A stretch of 63,522 nucleotides of DNA, the filler included, from Choristocarpus tenellus KU-1152 (Eukaryota > Protista > Phaeophyceae), in the NCBI GenBank assembly GCA_964200185.2. It is 9 parts of 9 records of this genome, joined end to end, with 100 filler letters (N's around TTAATTAATTAA, not from the genome) between each part and the next. Parts side by side here need not be neighbours in the genome. Positions count along the whole stretch, not along the records: positions 1 to 4,195 come from CAXNAD020015751.1; positions 4,296 to 12,151 come from CAXNAD020005487.1; positions 12,252 to 14,988 come from CAXNAD020025182.1; 6 more parts are not named here. One strand, given 5' to 3'. This document shows positions 1 through 12,900 of the stretch, piece after piece. Position numbers and translations under genes: made by a program. The notes beneath the pieces were generated by a model. It was not told where the DNA came from, searched no databases, and saw only the letters and a list, made by a program, of their open reading frames with translations. The number at the start of each line of letters is the position of its first letter. Within the stretch, counting starts at the first letter, position 1.

Positions 1-69
1 CAAAAATCGAGACATGAAAAAATTGACCCCAAATGGTCAGCTGCCACCCCCTCCCAGATACTTTGACCC
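1..69. mobile_element. MITE family A, partial
   Basis: Ends CCCAGATACTTTGACCC; carries CCAAATGG motif. Confidence 0.75.
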
Positions 70-513
70 TTGTAGACGTCTGCAAAACACTACAACAATT
101 AAGTGCAATGTATGTAGAAGAACCCAATGACTCCTGTTGATGCACTGTATGACGTATTGGGGGGAGAAGTATTTCATTTAAGCAGGACAGGGATGTTATC
201 ACAATCCGGTCCTAAAATTCAAACACTTCACGCAGTACCGCAAAGGTATTCCAACTCCACACTTCTCTCAGCGTTCACCTCAGTCTTCTCCACACAACTT
301 GTACTTCTCAAGGCTTGGGTAGTGCTGTTTCTTTTTGCATTGCCTCCATAACCTGGGGCTGGGGAGGAGCGATAAGGGGAGGCTGAGCCACCAATCAGAA
401 GATAACATGCACACAGTAAATTTAAGTAGATGGAAGCCAATAATTTAAGCGATTGATGCGCCTATTCAAGAGTAACTTTTAACATCACAGAATGGATATA
501 TACATATGAATAT

Positions 514-758
514 GAACCAAAATATCTCAGAGGTTAGAGCCACGTCCATTTGGGAGTCAAAATCCAATGTTGCAATTTGATGTATTATTAGCTATCTTAT
601 TTGTTAGCAAGTGTCAATATCCATGTTTGGGACACACCTTTTCACAACGTATACATTTACCTACTCGGAAATATTTTGTGTCATAAAAAACCCATGGGAA
701 GCCAAGCCCCAAATGGACAAACAGGGCAAATCTCGTACCCTCTAAGATACTTTCACTC
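514..758. mobile_element. MITE family B, full length
   Basis: GAACCAAAATATCTCAGAGGTTA...TACCCTCTAAGATACTTTCACTC; homologous to 20726-20991. Confidence 0.85.
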
Positions 759-1017
759 ATTTCTTCCACACCCTCAAATATATCATATATATGTACATCA
801 TCATACATTTTCACCAAGCAACCTCGACCAATGGCCTATCTCCCACCACAAGATGGTGGACACAAGGTGTGCCCTATTGATTGCTAATAATACCAGTCTA
901 TAAAACTGTCGAGGTGATAGCTCGGGAAACAGTAGTCCGTCTGTTCAGAGTAATAACGTGATGAAGACCAAGGTATTGGGCATCCCAAAACCAGGCGATA
1001 CCCTGCGATTACCCCAA

Positions 1018-2288
1018 CTAGTAGCGAGCAAAGTGGCCTCCGCGAAGTGGCTGAGGATGCCCTGGGCATCCACGAGCTCCTGAACAAGCATACCTGCCAC
1101 ACCGATCATGGCCAGTCGTCCGTTGTTCAAACCCTTCGTCTGCATCACCTTCAACTCCTTTGGAGATTCGGGCTTGAGCCCAGTGGGGTCGAACCCGATA
1201 ACTCTTAGGGTGTAGTCGGCCTTGAGGTTGCCGGTGCCGGTCGTGGAATCCAGCTCCTCCCATCCCTGAGGGATGGTCTGGTACTCCACAAAGGCGATGC
1301 CAGTTACAGCCGCCACCCAGAAGGCTGGGAACCTCGCCGTTATCTCTTGCAAGTGGTCGACGGCAGGGTCAATGTAGTTCGGGCCCATGAACAAGGGGTG
1401 GAAGCTCTGCAAGGGGTGATCAATGATTGAGGGAGAGTGGGCAGAATGAGTGGATGTAGTAGATTGGTTATGGTGGGGCGACTACTATTGCTGCTACAGA
1501 CAGACGGTATGACCGGTGCACATTGATGGGAGTGTGATCTGTGAGAGCAGAGAACTAAGCACAGAACAGTCACGGGGTTTAGGAAAAGAAACATACCTCA
1601 GTCACAAGGATGCCCACGGCGGTGAGCATGGCAACACGATCGTGCTTCACCTCCGCCTCGCGGAACTTCTTAGTCATCTCGGGGTCGTTCTTGACCGAGA
1701 ATCCGAGTGGATCCTATGCGAAAGAGAACTATTCAAGTAGAGTATTTTGCTTTATGTGGTATGGGTATTTTTATTAGCTAGCGGAGTGAGCACAGCCCTC
1801 GGTGGAGGAGGGGGTGCTCTCTCTTATTATCTTATTGTTTATTACATATATCAGCTGATTCATCAGCTGACACATCAAAACGTGTCCTGACGTTACATTG
1901 TACTATGTCACTTATTCTGTGTAACTAGTACTATGTCAGAACTCCTCCATCATCTGAGATTCGAACTCATTACTCTACGCACACGAACACAAGTCAATGA
2001 CACTTGTTCCACTTAGCCAACATTCCTCTTGTCTAGTAGTGGTCACTAAACACGTATAAACCATATAGACTATCAGCCTATATTGCACAGATCCTACACA
2101 GTCCCGTCTGAGGAGGGAGCACCGGGAAGGGTTGCAACATGGTCAGATCCTGCGCTCATCTTGAGGTTGGCGGGTACATCGGTCCGGGGTCTGACAGTCA
2201 GGGATCCTCCAAGGGACTGCACGAAAGCAGAGGATGCGGGCACAGCTGCGGCGGTGGCACCGAAGAACACCTGGGTGGAAGTATTCAT
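1018..2288 (-). pseudogene. LHCX: LHCX/LI818-type light-harvesting (fucoxanthin-chlorophyll) protein gene, disrupted
   Basis: Segments: 2288-2094 (MNTSTQVFFGATAAAVPASSA-FV, ASAFAP-like; ...LPGAPSSDGTV*), 1713-1597 (DPLGFSVKNDPEMTKKFREAEVKHDRVAMLTAVGILVTE), GT-AG intron 1596-1407, 1406-~1018 (SFHPLF..HLQE..GFDPTGLKP..MQTKGLNNGRLAMIGVAGMLVQELV). Lesions: in-frame TAG at 2094-2096, insertion at 1715-2089, KHGR>KHDR, KELNNGR>KGLNNGR, probable 3' frameshift. Confidence 0.85.
1715..2089. mobile_element. Solo-LTR-like insertion with internal tRNA-like A/B boxes
   Basis: Splits the LHCX coding sequence; flanked by direct repeat GATCC(TA) at 1710-1716 and 2090-2096; ends (TA)TGCG...TGCACA; minus strand carries TGGCTAAGTGG (2019-2009) and GAGTTCGAATCTC (1968-1956). 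Confidence 0.6.
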
Positions 2289-2980
2289 CTCGATTTCAGT
2301 TGGTGTTAAAGACAGGACCAAAGGGAGGAGATGGATAAGAAGAAGTGGAATGAAAACGACGGAAAGGGAGGATGGGGTGGGCAGGTTGAAGATCAGGAAA
2401 CCCTAATGTGACTCAGCATGCGCTCCTGCCTACTCCACTGCCTATGTAGAGATTTTGTGTCAACCAGCTACTCCACGTTTGGTGTCTCTTTCGTTTCGTA
2501 TGTGTCGTTGACTTACGTATCTTGTATATTATTTTTTTTATAGACAATATTAATGTGCACTCGTCAGATCATCTGGTACAATATGATCATCATAGGTACC
2601 ATCATGATCAATTTGGCATTTCTGTGACTATCTCGATACATACCTTCCCTCCCTTTCCCTACCAACTTCAGACACAAAGCAGCAAGTCAGTATCCTGTTT
2701 CAAGCATTGCAACCGGGAATCTTACATATCGCCTTCTGCTGTTTGTACCCTTCACATTATGCATGCATGCTGAGAACGCACGTGTTGTACATTCTACAGT
2801 ATGAGAAGCAGTAGTACAGTACACCATATATGTATGTAGGATGGTGCCGATCGCCGATAATATTGTATAGAGTAAAGATGCACGATGTTCTCGAAAATAT
2901 TGCCTATCTCGATATGCCTGAACTTGTTCCTTACTGGAAAAATACGCTGCCATTCACCAAACTTATCGTTTCGTTATGAG

Positions 2981-3830
2981 TGTAAATGACCCACGTATGA
3001 TGACTCATGCACAGACAAAACCAAATTAGTGGTCCGTGGTGGTCAGCGTGGGCTAACAGAACAGTGACTCCCATTTCATCTCTTTTGTGAATCGTGTGAT
3101 TCTGTGGCGGCGTGGTTCACTCAGGTAAGGGTGGCGAAGAGAATCACTGGGCAAGATGGATGGACCACATGAACAAATACGAACCGTAACCGAGGGTATG
3201 AGGTTAAGGTTGGACAAGTGGAAATTGAGGAGTGATGAGCATTTTGAAAGATGGAACTTCATCACCACAAGTCAAGACGTGAGAACAAAGTGGATCTTCC
3301 ATGTGTGAGAACTCTGAATGACGAGATGTCCCAAATCTGTGGGATTAGTCTCGTGAAGAGATTCCATGGCTTCATTCTGACTGAAGGGCAACCTGTGAAA
3401 TCATGGATGCTTGACAAGAAACCTCAATCGGTACAACGGTATATGTCATACGACATTAATGGTATAACAATAGGCTTTACACATTACCCTCCCTTTTCTT
3501 CGGCCTTGAAGCCATGTAGATATGATTGAACTTCAACCAAGAAGTGAGCCCTGCGATCGAAATGGGAAACATGTGTGACTGTTAGTGTAATGTTGCACCA
3601 TTGTATTACACGACTCCATTAATACAAAATGAAGTGTGTCAAGATTATGCTTGACCATTTGTGAGAATATGATCAGAAGAATTATTTTATGTACGCACAG
3701 AAGATAATGCGGAACATTCGGGATATTTAGGCGGGGTATTTGACCAGAAGTAATCGGCGGACTATTAGAGTCGGAGTGTTTCTGACGTGTACTAGAGATA
3801 CATTTAGTCATTTGGTATTCTGAGTTATTA
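2981..3830 (-). mobile_element. Ty1/Copia remnant: RNase H end, PPT and 3' LTR
   Basis: LTR-like segment TGTAAA...TTTACA (2981-3481); minus-strand polypurine tract AAGAAAAGGGAGGG at 3500-3487; degenerate NSEYQMTKCIS and VRT*NNSSDHILTNG resemble Copia H-x-R-T-K-H-I and V-x-T-x-x-N-x-A-D-I-L-T-K. Confidence 0.5.
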
Positions 3831-4195
3831 AGTGTAAGTACTGGTGAGCCCCACCCAGTAAAGGTATCTCACTCTCTTCTCAACTGTGGTACAAGCTAAT
3901 AAACAATAATATAACTAGTTGTGTTGGACAACAGATCGTCAAGGACAACTTAACATGCTATAGCACCCTATTATGCGTGCTTGATTAGTTATTATATTTG
4001 GATTTCAGCTATCACCAGGAAGGAGCCAAGATAAATCATGATGCCCAGATCAAGAATCGATCCCAGTCTTAACTCCATAGATGACGGAATGGGTGAAATG
4101 ACTATGATCCGGCAGGGGGATGTGATACATGATGGGATATCAGCTTTGCAAGGGGGCGAGGCTAGGGCTGGGGCAAATGATACGGTGGCCATGGG

Positions 4196-4295
4196 NNNNN
4201 NNNNNNNNNNNNNNNNNNNNNNNNNNNNNNNNNNNNNNNTTAATTAATTAANNNNNNNNNNNNNNNNNNNNNNNNNNNNNNNNNNNNNNNNNNNN
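4196..4295. other. Artificial contig linker (also 12152-12251, 14989-15088, 19353-19452, 22797-22896, 43795-43894, 55694-55793, 59310-59409)
   Basis: Identical 100-bp N-run/TTAATTAATTAA/N-run blocks; the core has stops in all six frames. Confidence 0.98.
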
Positions 4296-4340
4296 CCCCT
4301 GTAGTATTCTTAACCTTGGCCCCCCACCCCCGCCTTGCAG

Positions 4341-7300
4341 GATGATGGATCGTACCCAGTTCCACCTGCATCATCACTGGTGAAGAAGTTTGACCCAGCC
4401 ATGATGACTGGCAGGTGGTACATTTCTGCAGGACTCAACTCAGCCTTTGACACCTTTGACTGCCAGGTACGATGAAATGCAATTGTAGGTGTCCAGTTGG
4501 CTGTTTTTCACACATGATCTACTGTAATACTTTAGTTGAAGAATATGCAAAATTCGAAATAAGCGTAGCCATAATAGAGGGAGAGGAAGAAGAGGATGGG
4601 GTGCAGTAACATGCAGAATGGAGTATTCTTGTTGTCAGAGTACTTGTGTGGATCAGCTATGCCAAGGGAGCATTTTTGTTGTGACCTGCATGCCTTGGTG
4701 GCAGGTCATGTTCTAGTTTAAACTGATTTGAGTACCTGAGTACTCTCCGTTTGCGACCAGGTGCAGTGGTGTGTTTTGTTCAACCAATGTTGACGACATG
4801 CGCATGTCTTACCACACTCTTATTACCACACTCTTACCACAGGTCCACTTCTTTACCAACCCAGAGCCACGAAAGCTGTTGGCACAGCTCAACTGGCGCA
4901 TCAAGGAACCAGATGGGGAGTTTTTCACAAGGGATGTGGTTCAGAAATTCACACAGGACAAGAAGAATCCCGCTGTTCTAATCAACAAGGATAATGAGTA
5001 CCTACACTACAAAGGTGAGATGATCGACCACCTGCACTTTGACACATGGTACAGGTTTAGGGTTATAGGGTCAGGTGTTGAACTGGGTAAGAGCTGGAGG
5101 CTGAGGTGGGAAGACAGACCAGCAATACCTTACTACTAATAATATGATATTTCTTCAAAGTATGATACCAAGGGTTCGGGTTGATAGAGTGCGTGGGACT
5201 AAAATATTGGGATTGGGCTATTACGGTTGCATGTGGAATGTGACTCCCCAGGGAGAGAATGAAGGGGTTAGGGTTACACTCTTTTCTTTTGTATTTGATG
5301 TATGTGAATAGAGCAAAATCACATGGGTTGATTCATGTGTAAGGCCTACAAAAAGTTGGAATGAAATGTTGAATTGGCATCTTGAGTCATGCATCTGCAT
5401 TGCCCATGCCCGCTATTTATTGGAGTCAACATAGACTGAGGTCATGACATTGTCGTGGCTTGAGGTAGGTGATATTGCTGTGATCCATTTTTGGTGGTAT
5501 GAAGGCCTTTCTCTTACATTAACGTTCAGATGAATTTATGATGTCATCTTGAATCGCAGTGTTTGGTTCTTGGATTTCATTGCGTGAGCTTTGAGTTCTA
5601 TTTATTGCCTCTCATTCCTAGTGTAGCCCTGAAACTCTCAGCTTATGTTGAGTGAGATACTGTTGTAATTTAGTTTTGGATCAGGGTTAGGGTTAAGGCT
5701 ACCCTATTACTCTATTTTTTTGTGGCACCCCCTGTCCTTCTAACTGACTGTTTCCCTTCCATTCACCCGCTGTTGCTGGTTCCTTCATACTTCATGCTTC
5801 CGCCCTTGCCATCTGTTGTCTGACTTGACTCTGTTGGATGACATATGGTGCATGAATGGCATGTAATGTCTGTTTCAAATGTTATATTTTTTATATCTTT
5901 GTTTTGGGCTGTGGATGCTCTGCCTCTGTTGTGTATATCCTGTCTATTTATGTGTATGTGACACTTGACTTGTTTTGTGGCATGCACTGACATGTCTGTG
6001 CTTCTCACCAATATGTGTGTGAATATGTGTATGGTGGTGTGACTGTGAAACTCATCACTGATTGGGCAATACTTGCACTGTATGTAATTTTATTGTTTTT
6101 GTTCATTATCAATGATTTGTGTCCTTGTTTTTAATTTTATTTGAAGATACGTGGTACGTCTTGGATGCTGAGGAGAACTCCCACGTACTAATTTACTACC
6201 GGGGGTCCAATGACGCATGGGATGGGTATGGGGGTGCAGTCCTTTACACCAAGGTGAAACAAGGTCAATGGCACTTTATTCATGTGCACTGTTACAGAAG
6301 TGTGTTGCTCCTCAAGAAGGGGTGTTGAGAGAGGATGTAGGCAATGTATGATAGGTAGGTGGGTAGTATTGTACATAGATACGGTTGCTTTTTTTGTACA
6401 GGATAGGAAATGGTTTCATGGTCTGATTTGTCTTCCAGTGCAGTTCGTTTGATACTATTACTGGTTCTGTTTTAACATTTTGAGACTTGTCTAGCCTTGC
6501 TCCATCATGGAAGTAAGGGGTTGAAGCAAAATCAACACTGCAAGTTGTGAATTATTGACACCTGTTCCAGCTCTAGGTTATTGAGTGGTTGCTCTGGTGG
6601 GATTTGGTTGGTGCAACCATATGGTATTGACCTTTCCTCACGTCCAGCTTCAGAAACTGTTGTGTAGTGCCTCTAAATGTCAATGCACCCTGATGTTGCT
6701 GCTACCCCCACCTAGGACAAAACTGTGCCGAAGGCACTGGTCCCAAGACTGAGGCAGGCTTGTGCTCAGGCCAACATTGACTGGGATAAGTTTATTGCAA
6801 ATGATAACTCTTGCAAGCCCCAGGTAAGCCTTCAATGGTGCTTTGTTTGGTTTTCTTGAAAGGCTGTGTTCGGTAAAAAAATTTATCTTTAGGTCAGCAT
6901 TAGACTTGGGGTTGGGGTTGGGTCAGTGCGTAAGGCTTATATTGATCTGTTTTGTATGATGCTATATTTATAGAGCTATCCTAAAGCGGGCCTAAGAGGT
7001 TGCCTATGGTAGATAACACAGAGAAGGGGTTTTCCTGTCAGGTGTGTATGCAGTGGTAGGTTGGATTAGAAGATTGAGAAATTGTCAAAATAAAGCCTGT
7101 GGAATTTTGGAGGCATGTTTGATGGCAGCATTTAGGACAACTACTGTTTAGCCTCATCTAGGACTGATTTATCCAGAGGATTGGGAAGATGGCAGGAACG
7201 AAAATCTGGATATCAAAGCCATCTTCGTTAGTGGCAAGTTGCTACTAATAGGTCTAGGTATATTTTAGTATTGATAGCTAGGGTCGGACCAAACTATTTG

Positions 7301-10236
7301 ATTTTTAGTTGGTGGTTCTGTGTCGCAATATGTAAGATTTGAACTGGAGGGTTTGCCCGAGCCTCTGGTACATACAATAATCAAAGTGAAGCACTATAGA
7401 TTTGAGGGCAGGAATCTGTTTGTGACATGGAAGATAAAATTTGATATTTCGTAGAAGAACCTGTACCACCTGCCTGCCTTCCATGCTGTTTCTCACACAA
7501 AGCTATGCCTACCCAGTGCAAGGGTGTTGAATATGTTGTCAATGTGATGGGTGTAGTTCCCTGCTTGTAGAGTTTTAAGCGGTAACTTGAGGTATTGTGT
7601 CCAATGTGGTAATTGTAGCAATTTGTTATTGTGAACATTGTTTTGTTTTGTGTATGTTTGTATGTGTGCTGCTAACATGTTGTGGGTTTTAATGCTGGGT
7701 TTTTGCCCTGCTTCAGGATCGAGAGAAGCAATTCCTTCTACGTGAGCAATATGCCAGCAAGATATTCCTGTCTGAATCAGAGGCCCTACAGGTACGCTGG
7801 TGATAAAATAGAAACCTCAATGTTATCTGAATCAGAGCCCTAGCCCAGCCCTAACCCTATACCCTGTCTTGTTCTATTTAGTCTCCATTTCTCAAGAAAA
7901 GAGTATGCTAATCTAAGGTCAGCGGTGGCAGGCACGTTGGCTGCAAGCATTGTTATTATCTCCTTCAAGAAACTTCCACACCCTCTAGTCAGCACACTGG
8001 TTGTCACTTGTTGGAAAATTGTACTGTTCAGAAAGGATGTCCTCAGGTTGAGGAGAGGGGTCTGGCTTGAGTAAGATGCCCTTGGTCCTTTTTTTTGGTG
8101 AGGGTAAAGCATGGAGCAAAATACTTATATATGGGTCGTTTGACTTTTTGTTGGAATTATGGCAGAGTAGCAGCACCTTTGTACAGGAGTCCAGAGCCAT
8201 AAATATGTATTAAAGATGTCAAATTGTTCGTTGTTGCTTTAAGAGCACAGACGTTTTTATTCAAAAAATGATTTGAGGTTTGGAAGTTTGAGAGGTAGTA
8301 GTGTTGTGAGGTAGCTGACCCATTGAATACTGGAATAATCTTCATGCCTCATTAGTTTATTCCTTGTGTAGACTCTCCTGCTTTGTCAGTATGGGCAGCA
8401 ATGAATTTTATTGCAGAATTTCCTTCATTCATGGCCTCTGGTAGCTTTTCTATGTGGGACAATTGAGAAGAGTGGGATATGATCCATGTTTCAAAGTTGA
8501 CATCCTCTTGGTTTCGCAATCCCAAGGCTGCTCTTTCCTCATGCAGCGCTATTGTCACGTGCATATAGTTGCTCCTTGTTGGGTGTAGGTTAGAATATGT
8601 GTGTCTAAGAACAATCCAATATTGCAAGTACTCTTTCCAAGCAGATTGCCAATGTGGGGTCTTGTGTCTACAATTACTTCTTGAAACTCATCATCTATGC
8701 TGCACCACTTTGACATTTTTTCTGCAACCCTGGTCTCTAAGGTTTACCCCATTGACTGACCTTGCTCTGTGTGTGTGCACCAGGAGCAATTGACAGCAGT
8801 CAGAGGGTTCGCCAAGAGTGAGGTGGAGGGTGTGGAGAAGAGTGCTCTTGATAAACTTGAGAACCTGAGGGAGGAGTATGTCAGGGAAATAGAGACCCTG
8901 GAGACAGAGGTCAGCACCATTGAGGGAGAAATTGAGGTAAGAAGATCATCAACACCACAGTGTGGGGGTCTCTATCTTGTTGTGTAAAGTGCAACCTGCT
9001 GTTTTCCTCGATTCCGTGGCAGCCTCAAGTATTCATTGAGCTCAACCCCATTTTTTTTCTGAGCATTGGATGGAGTCTCGATATGTAGTGCTAGTGATGA
9101 GAATCATTGGTGAAACTATGTGTTTGTTTTTTTAGTGAATGTCATGAGCCTCTAGCATGAGTGTAGGGTATCCCAGAGACAAGCTTTTTGAAGAATGTAG
9201 CCCAACTGCACCCTAGGATCCAGTTGAGGCCTGATTCGAAGTTTGAATGTACTAGCTCATGAACCTGAGCATTATTTAATATGATGTTGCTGTGTTAGCA
9301 TAAAGATTGCTGTCCTTCATGGACCTTGTAATCCATGCTACAGACAGATTTTCTGGCAGATTGAAGTGTTGCATGGGGTGTGTATTGTATGACGTGCAAT
9401 ATCACATTCAGCTGTTTCTTTTTGATGCGTACTGGTATTTTTGTGTGTTTGTATGGGTGTGATTTCTTTGTACCCCTTATTTTCTACAGGGAGCTGTGGA
9501 GAAAGAGGTCAAGGAACTTGTGTCTGAGGCATCAACAGAGGTCAAGAGCATCAAGTCAGGCGCAAGGGAGGTAACAAGAGGGAGAAATTACGGCACCTTG
9601 TCCATGTTGTTCGATTTTTTATGTGCAAACACTGCTCTCTTACTTCCCGTTCCATGACGTAGAAGTAGCACAGCTCAAGCAAAGATCTGTACGTAAACAA
9701 ATTTTCTCACTCAATATCTTTTAGCACGTCAGCATTGGTTGGGTTTGGAGAGAAATGAGTTGTATTGGTTACTATCTTCTAAAGGGGTTATTTTACCGAA
9801 ATGATGTATTTTGGTGCGAATTGAAGGTTTGTTGTCATGTATTAACTTGAGGCAATATGCACAGCCCCTTCCTGATTGAGCTGAGCGGTAACATAATCCC
9901 AAAAGCATCTTGGATTGCCGAATATCGGAATATATGTTCTATGTCAAAGCAGCAGGTAATAGGTCTGGAATATTTTAGTAGAGCATAGTTGATGGTTGTG
10001 AATGTAATGATCTCAAAACTTGTAAGTCTACCTGTCCGCTTGCCTTTCTGCCCATCTTTGCTTCTCCTAATTATGCCACCTACCTTTCCCCCTCCAGTTT
10101 AATTTTACCTCAACTCTTTGCTGCAAAACACTACCTCCAATTTTTGTCCCTACAGTTTGAGCGAGTCATGGGTAATGAGGTCTGGAAGGTGCGGGAGGAA
10201 TCTACATTGGACCGGCTGACAAAAAAGCTAAGGTAG
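4341..10236 (+). CDS. VDE: Violaxanthin de-epoxidase, 5'-partial (lipocalin domain plus Glu-rich tail)
   Basis: Eight phase-compatible GT-AG exons: 4341-4466, 4843-5014, 6147-6253, 6716-6823, 7717-7791, 8784-8936, 9490-9570, 10156-10236(TAG). Motifs GRWYISAGLNSAFDTFDCQVHFF, LNWRI..PDGEFF, NEYLHYKDTWYVL, YYRGSNDAWDGYGGAVLYTK, DNSC, followed by an acidic coiled tail. Confidence 0.95.
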
Positions 10237-11446
10237 CAGGCTGATCCACCCTCAAGTTTGAGGGATGGTAGGTATTGTGGGGAAGAGATAAGGGTGGAAG
10301 GTCGGTGAGATAGTTCAAAAGAAAATATGGCTTGTGTAGGATGGGTCTCCTAGCTCCCTTGTGTGTTGTATCAACATGGTTGCATCATGCAGAGTAGTTG
10401 ACTCTTTGTGGGCTATAAGTTTGTGCGCATCCACTAGAAGAGGAGTTTGAGGTAATGCAAGAGGGCAATGGACAAGTTTCACACCTTTGGTTATTGCGCC
10501 AATGTTGCAGTGTGGAGTACATCTTATTTCTCAGTAGGAGGATGAGGAGTGCACAGTCGGAAAGATCTGTTCCAACAGATTCGAGATAAGCCAAGCCTTT
10601 CATTTTGGGACAGAGCATGTTTTTCTACTGCAGTTCTAATTGTCTACTCCGCAGTTCTTCCTTTGTGGTCCACTGTATTAGCACCATGTGAATGCACCGG
10701 AACATTGTGGCTTTGGTACAATTATAGTTCAAGTAGTCAAGTCGCCTATCATTTAGATGAAACAAATGGGATCTATTTGCTATAGAAGACTTTGTAATGG
10801 CATCGGCTTCATTTCCTGCTGACCAGGAACACTTCATAATTCTGACCATTGAGTGAAAGGATAGGAAAATGATACCAAATGAACTAAGTGGTTTATCAAC
10901 AGGCAAGAATATTGGCACTGCTCAATACAAGCACCTGAGTTTTTCATGACAGTGTTGAAATATTCCACTCTGGACCTGCAGTTAGATGATATATGTGCCT
11001 TGTCAGAGGACAGTATGTGAGTTGGTGTTGTGACAAGAAGAGGTGTATGTGTGGTCTCAAAGGGCTGAGAGGGCCTAGTTACCAATCCAGTAAAACTAGT
11101 CTTGTAGCAGTCAGGAAATGGTGGTTGGAGGGTCATTATTTGTAATTTTGAGGTCACGTTTTGGACACCCATACTTGGAAAGCACACTTATTCGCCTCTA
11201 GAGTTCTCTCCCTCCCATCAGATCGAATAAGACCTGTAAGCATGCGTTGAGGCATTCATAACTTTTTCGGTTCCCTACTTGAGTGGTATATTCAAGGTTT
11301 TCCATATTGCTTTAAATTCCCCATCACCTGCTTGTGAGTGAAATGTTTTCGGTTGAGTTCTGGGGCACATGTAATGCTGTAAGCTTGGGGCAGTTAACCT
11401 TAGAGACATGTCAAAAGGTGAGGTTTTTGCCACAATTTCTGGTATT

Positions 11447-11621
11447 GGCTTAAAGTATATGGAGGGTGGGTTGCGTCTGTCCATTTGGTGTCCCATTTAT
11501 CCATCTTGTGTCTTATGGGTGATTTGGTTGCATGAGTCGGATGGATAATATAAGTGCACTTTTCCTGGTCAGGGTTCGAATGGACACCCTGGTGCAGACC
11601 CCCACCCAGATACTTTGAGCC
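11447..11621. mobile_element. MITE family A, full length
   Basis: GGCTTAAAGTATATGGAGGG...CCCAGATACTTTGAGCC with internal GTCCATTTGG. Confidence 0.85.
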
Positions 11622-11764
11622 ATCTTGAGACTTGTACATGTTTCTATATAGGGAGTGGTATCGAAACGTGATATGTGATCACTGAGCACTGGTGATATAC
11701 CAGTAAATTTTAGCAACTTGAAAGTTAAGGGCAACCACAACAGGTTTCGAATCTGGGGACACGA

Positions 11765-11840
11765 CACAAAAAAGACATGGGAGGCTAAGCCCCAAATGGA
11801 CAAACAAGGCAAAACTCGTACCCTCAAGATACTTTCACTC
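11765..11840. mobile_element. MITE family B, partial
   Basis: AAGCCCCAAATGGACAAACAAGGCAAAACTCGTACCCTCAAGATACTTTCACTC. Confidence 0.8.
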
Positions 11841-12251
11841 TCAGACATGTGCAGGGTTCTGAAAATACGAAAGGCCGAATTGACGCAAAGACGCGCTACA
11901 ACATGATTGTAACCGTACGCCACATAGTCCACGGGTCAGGGGATACGTCTCGTGATCCTTGCAAGCTTCATGGATAGTAGGATGGAAACGATTACGAGCG
12001 CTTTTTTAATGATGTTTATATGTGTGTTAATGCGCATCTCCCGCCTGGCCATACGGAAAGAGAATACTCCACGTACCTTCTACCTCAGAGTCTCTTCAGT
12101 CTTTCTAAAACATATTGCCGCTCTCCTGGCGTAATCTTACTGTGACGCAACNNNNNNNNNNNNNNNNNNNNNNNNNNNNNNNNNNNNNNNNNNNNTTAAT
12201 TAATTAANNNNNNNNNNNNNNNNNNNNNNNNNNNNNNNNNNNNNNNNNNNN

Positions 12252-12900
12252 GAACTTCAATGTCATAATGGTGTTTATGAAACCGCCATCAAAACATATC
12301 GCCTGTGACATTTGCCCCGATTGCGCCGAGCCAAGCCAGCTTTGCTTCTGGAGATAGTACGAAACATCGTTTACGCTGCACTCCTCGGCGATTGTTTCTA
12401 AGCTTGTACACTCGTCAGCTACTTGAGAGTACGGTGGTGGAGGAATCGAGAACACTGAAGAGGCTGCTTCTTTCCTCATGACTCTCAATGCGCTGCTCCC
12501 TCCCATAAACTCAACGTCATCCTCGTCACCTGAGTTTTCATTGTCTGACTGGTGCAAGGATACCTCGAGCAGCTGGTCTTTCATGTCCTCTAGTATTGCA
12601 CTGACCACTTCATCGTTGTCTTCCACACTGATATCCACGGTCTTGCTTTGTCGATGGAAGCCTGAGACGATTTTCCGCCGGGTTTGAGGTGCAGAGCGTC
12701 AAGAACATTTGAGAGATCCTCATTAATATAGCCACTCCTCGTGCCGACACTCAAGCGCTGCATGATGTGCATCAGCTCATTGGTGTCCTCAACAGAGCTG
12801 TCAGTGCTGGAGGTGAACTTGTTCGAGGTACGAGTAGTTTTGCGAAACTTTGAGTTCAGCTCCGCTTGGACGGGGGTAGGGAGGATGTTATCGTGGCACT
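12252..12900 (-). mobile_element. pogo/Tigger-like transposase C-terminal remnant
   Basis: Frameshifted acidic segment (SVEDNDEVVSAILEDM..PPPPYSQVADECTSLETIAEECSVNDVSYYLQK) resembling C-termini of brown-algal pogo-type transposases as I recall them; no catalytic residues visible. Confidence 0.4.

Noticed and set aside
1940-2026. Functional tRNA gene
   Set aside because: A/B boxes and T-arm are present, but acceptor and anticodon stems do not pair.
1018-10236. LHCX next to VDE as a photoprotection (NPQ) gene cluster
   Set aside because: They are on different contigs joined by the artificial linker at 4196-4295, and the LHCX copy is disrupted.
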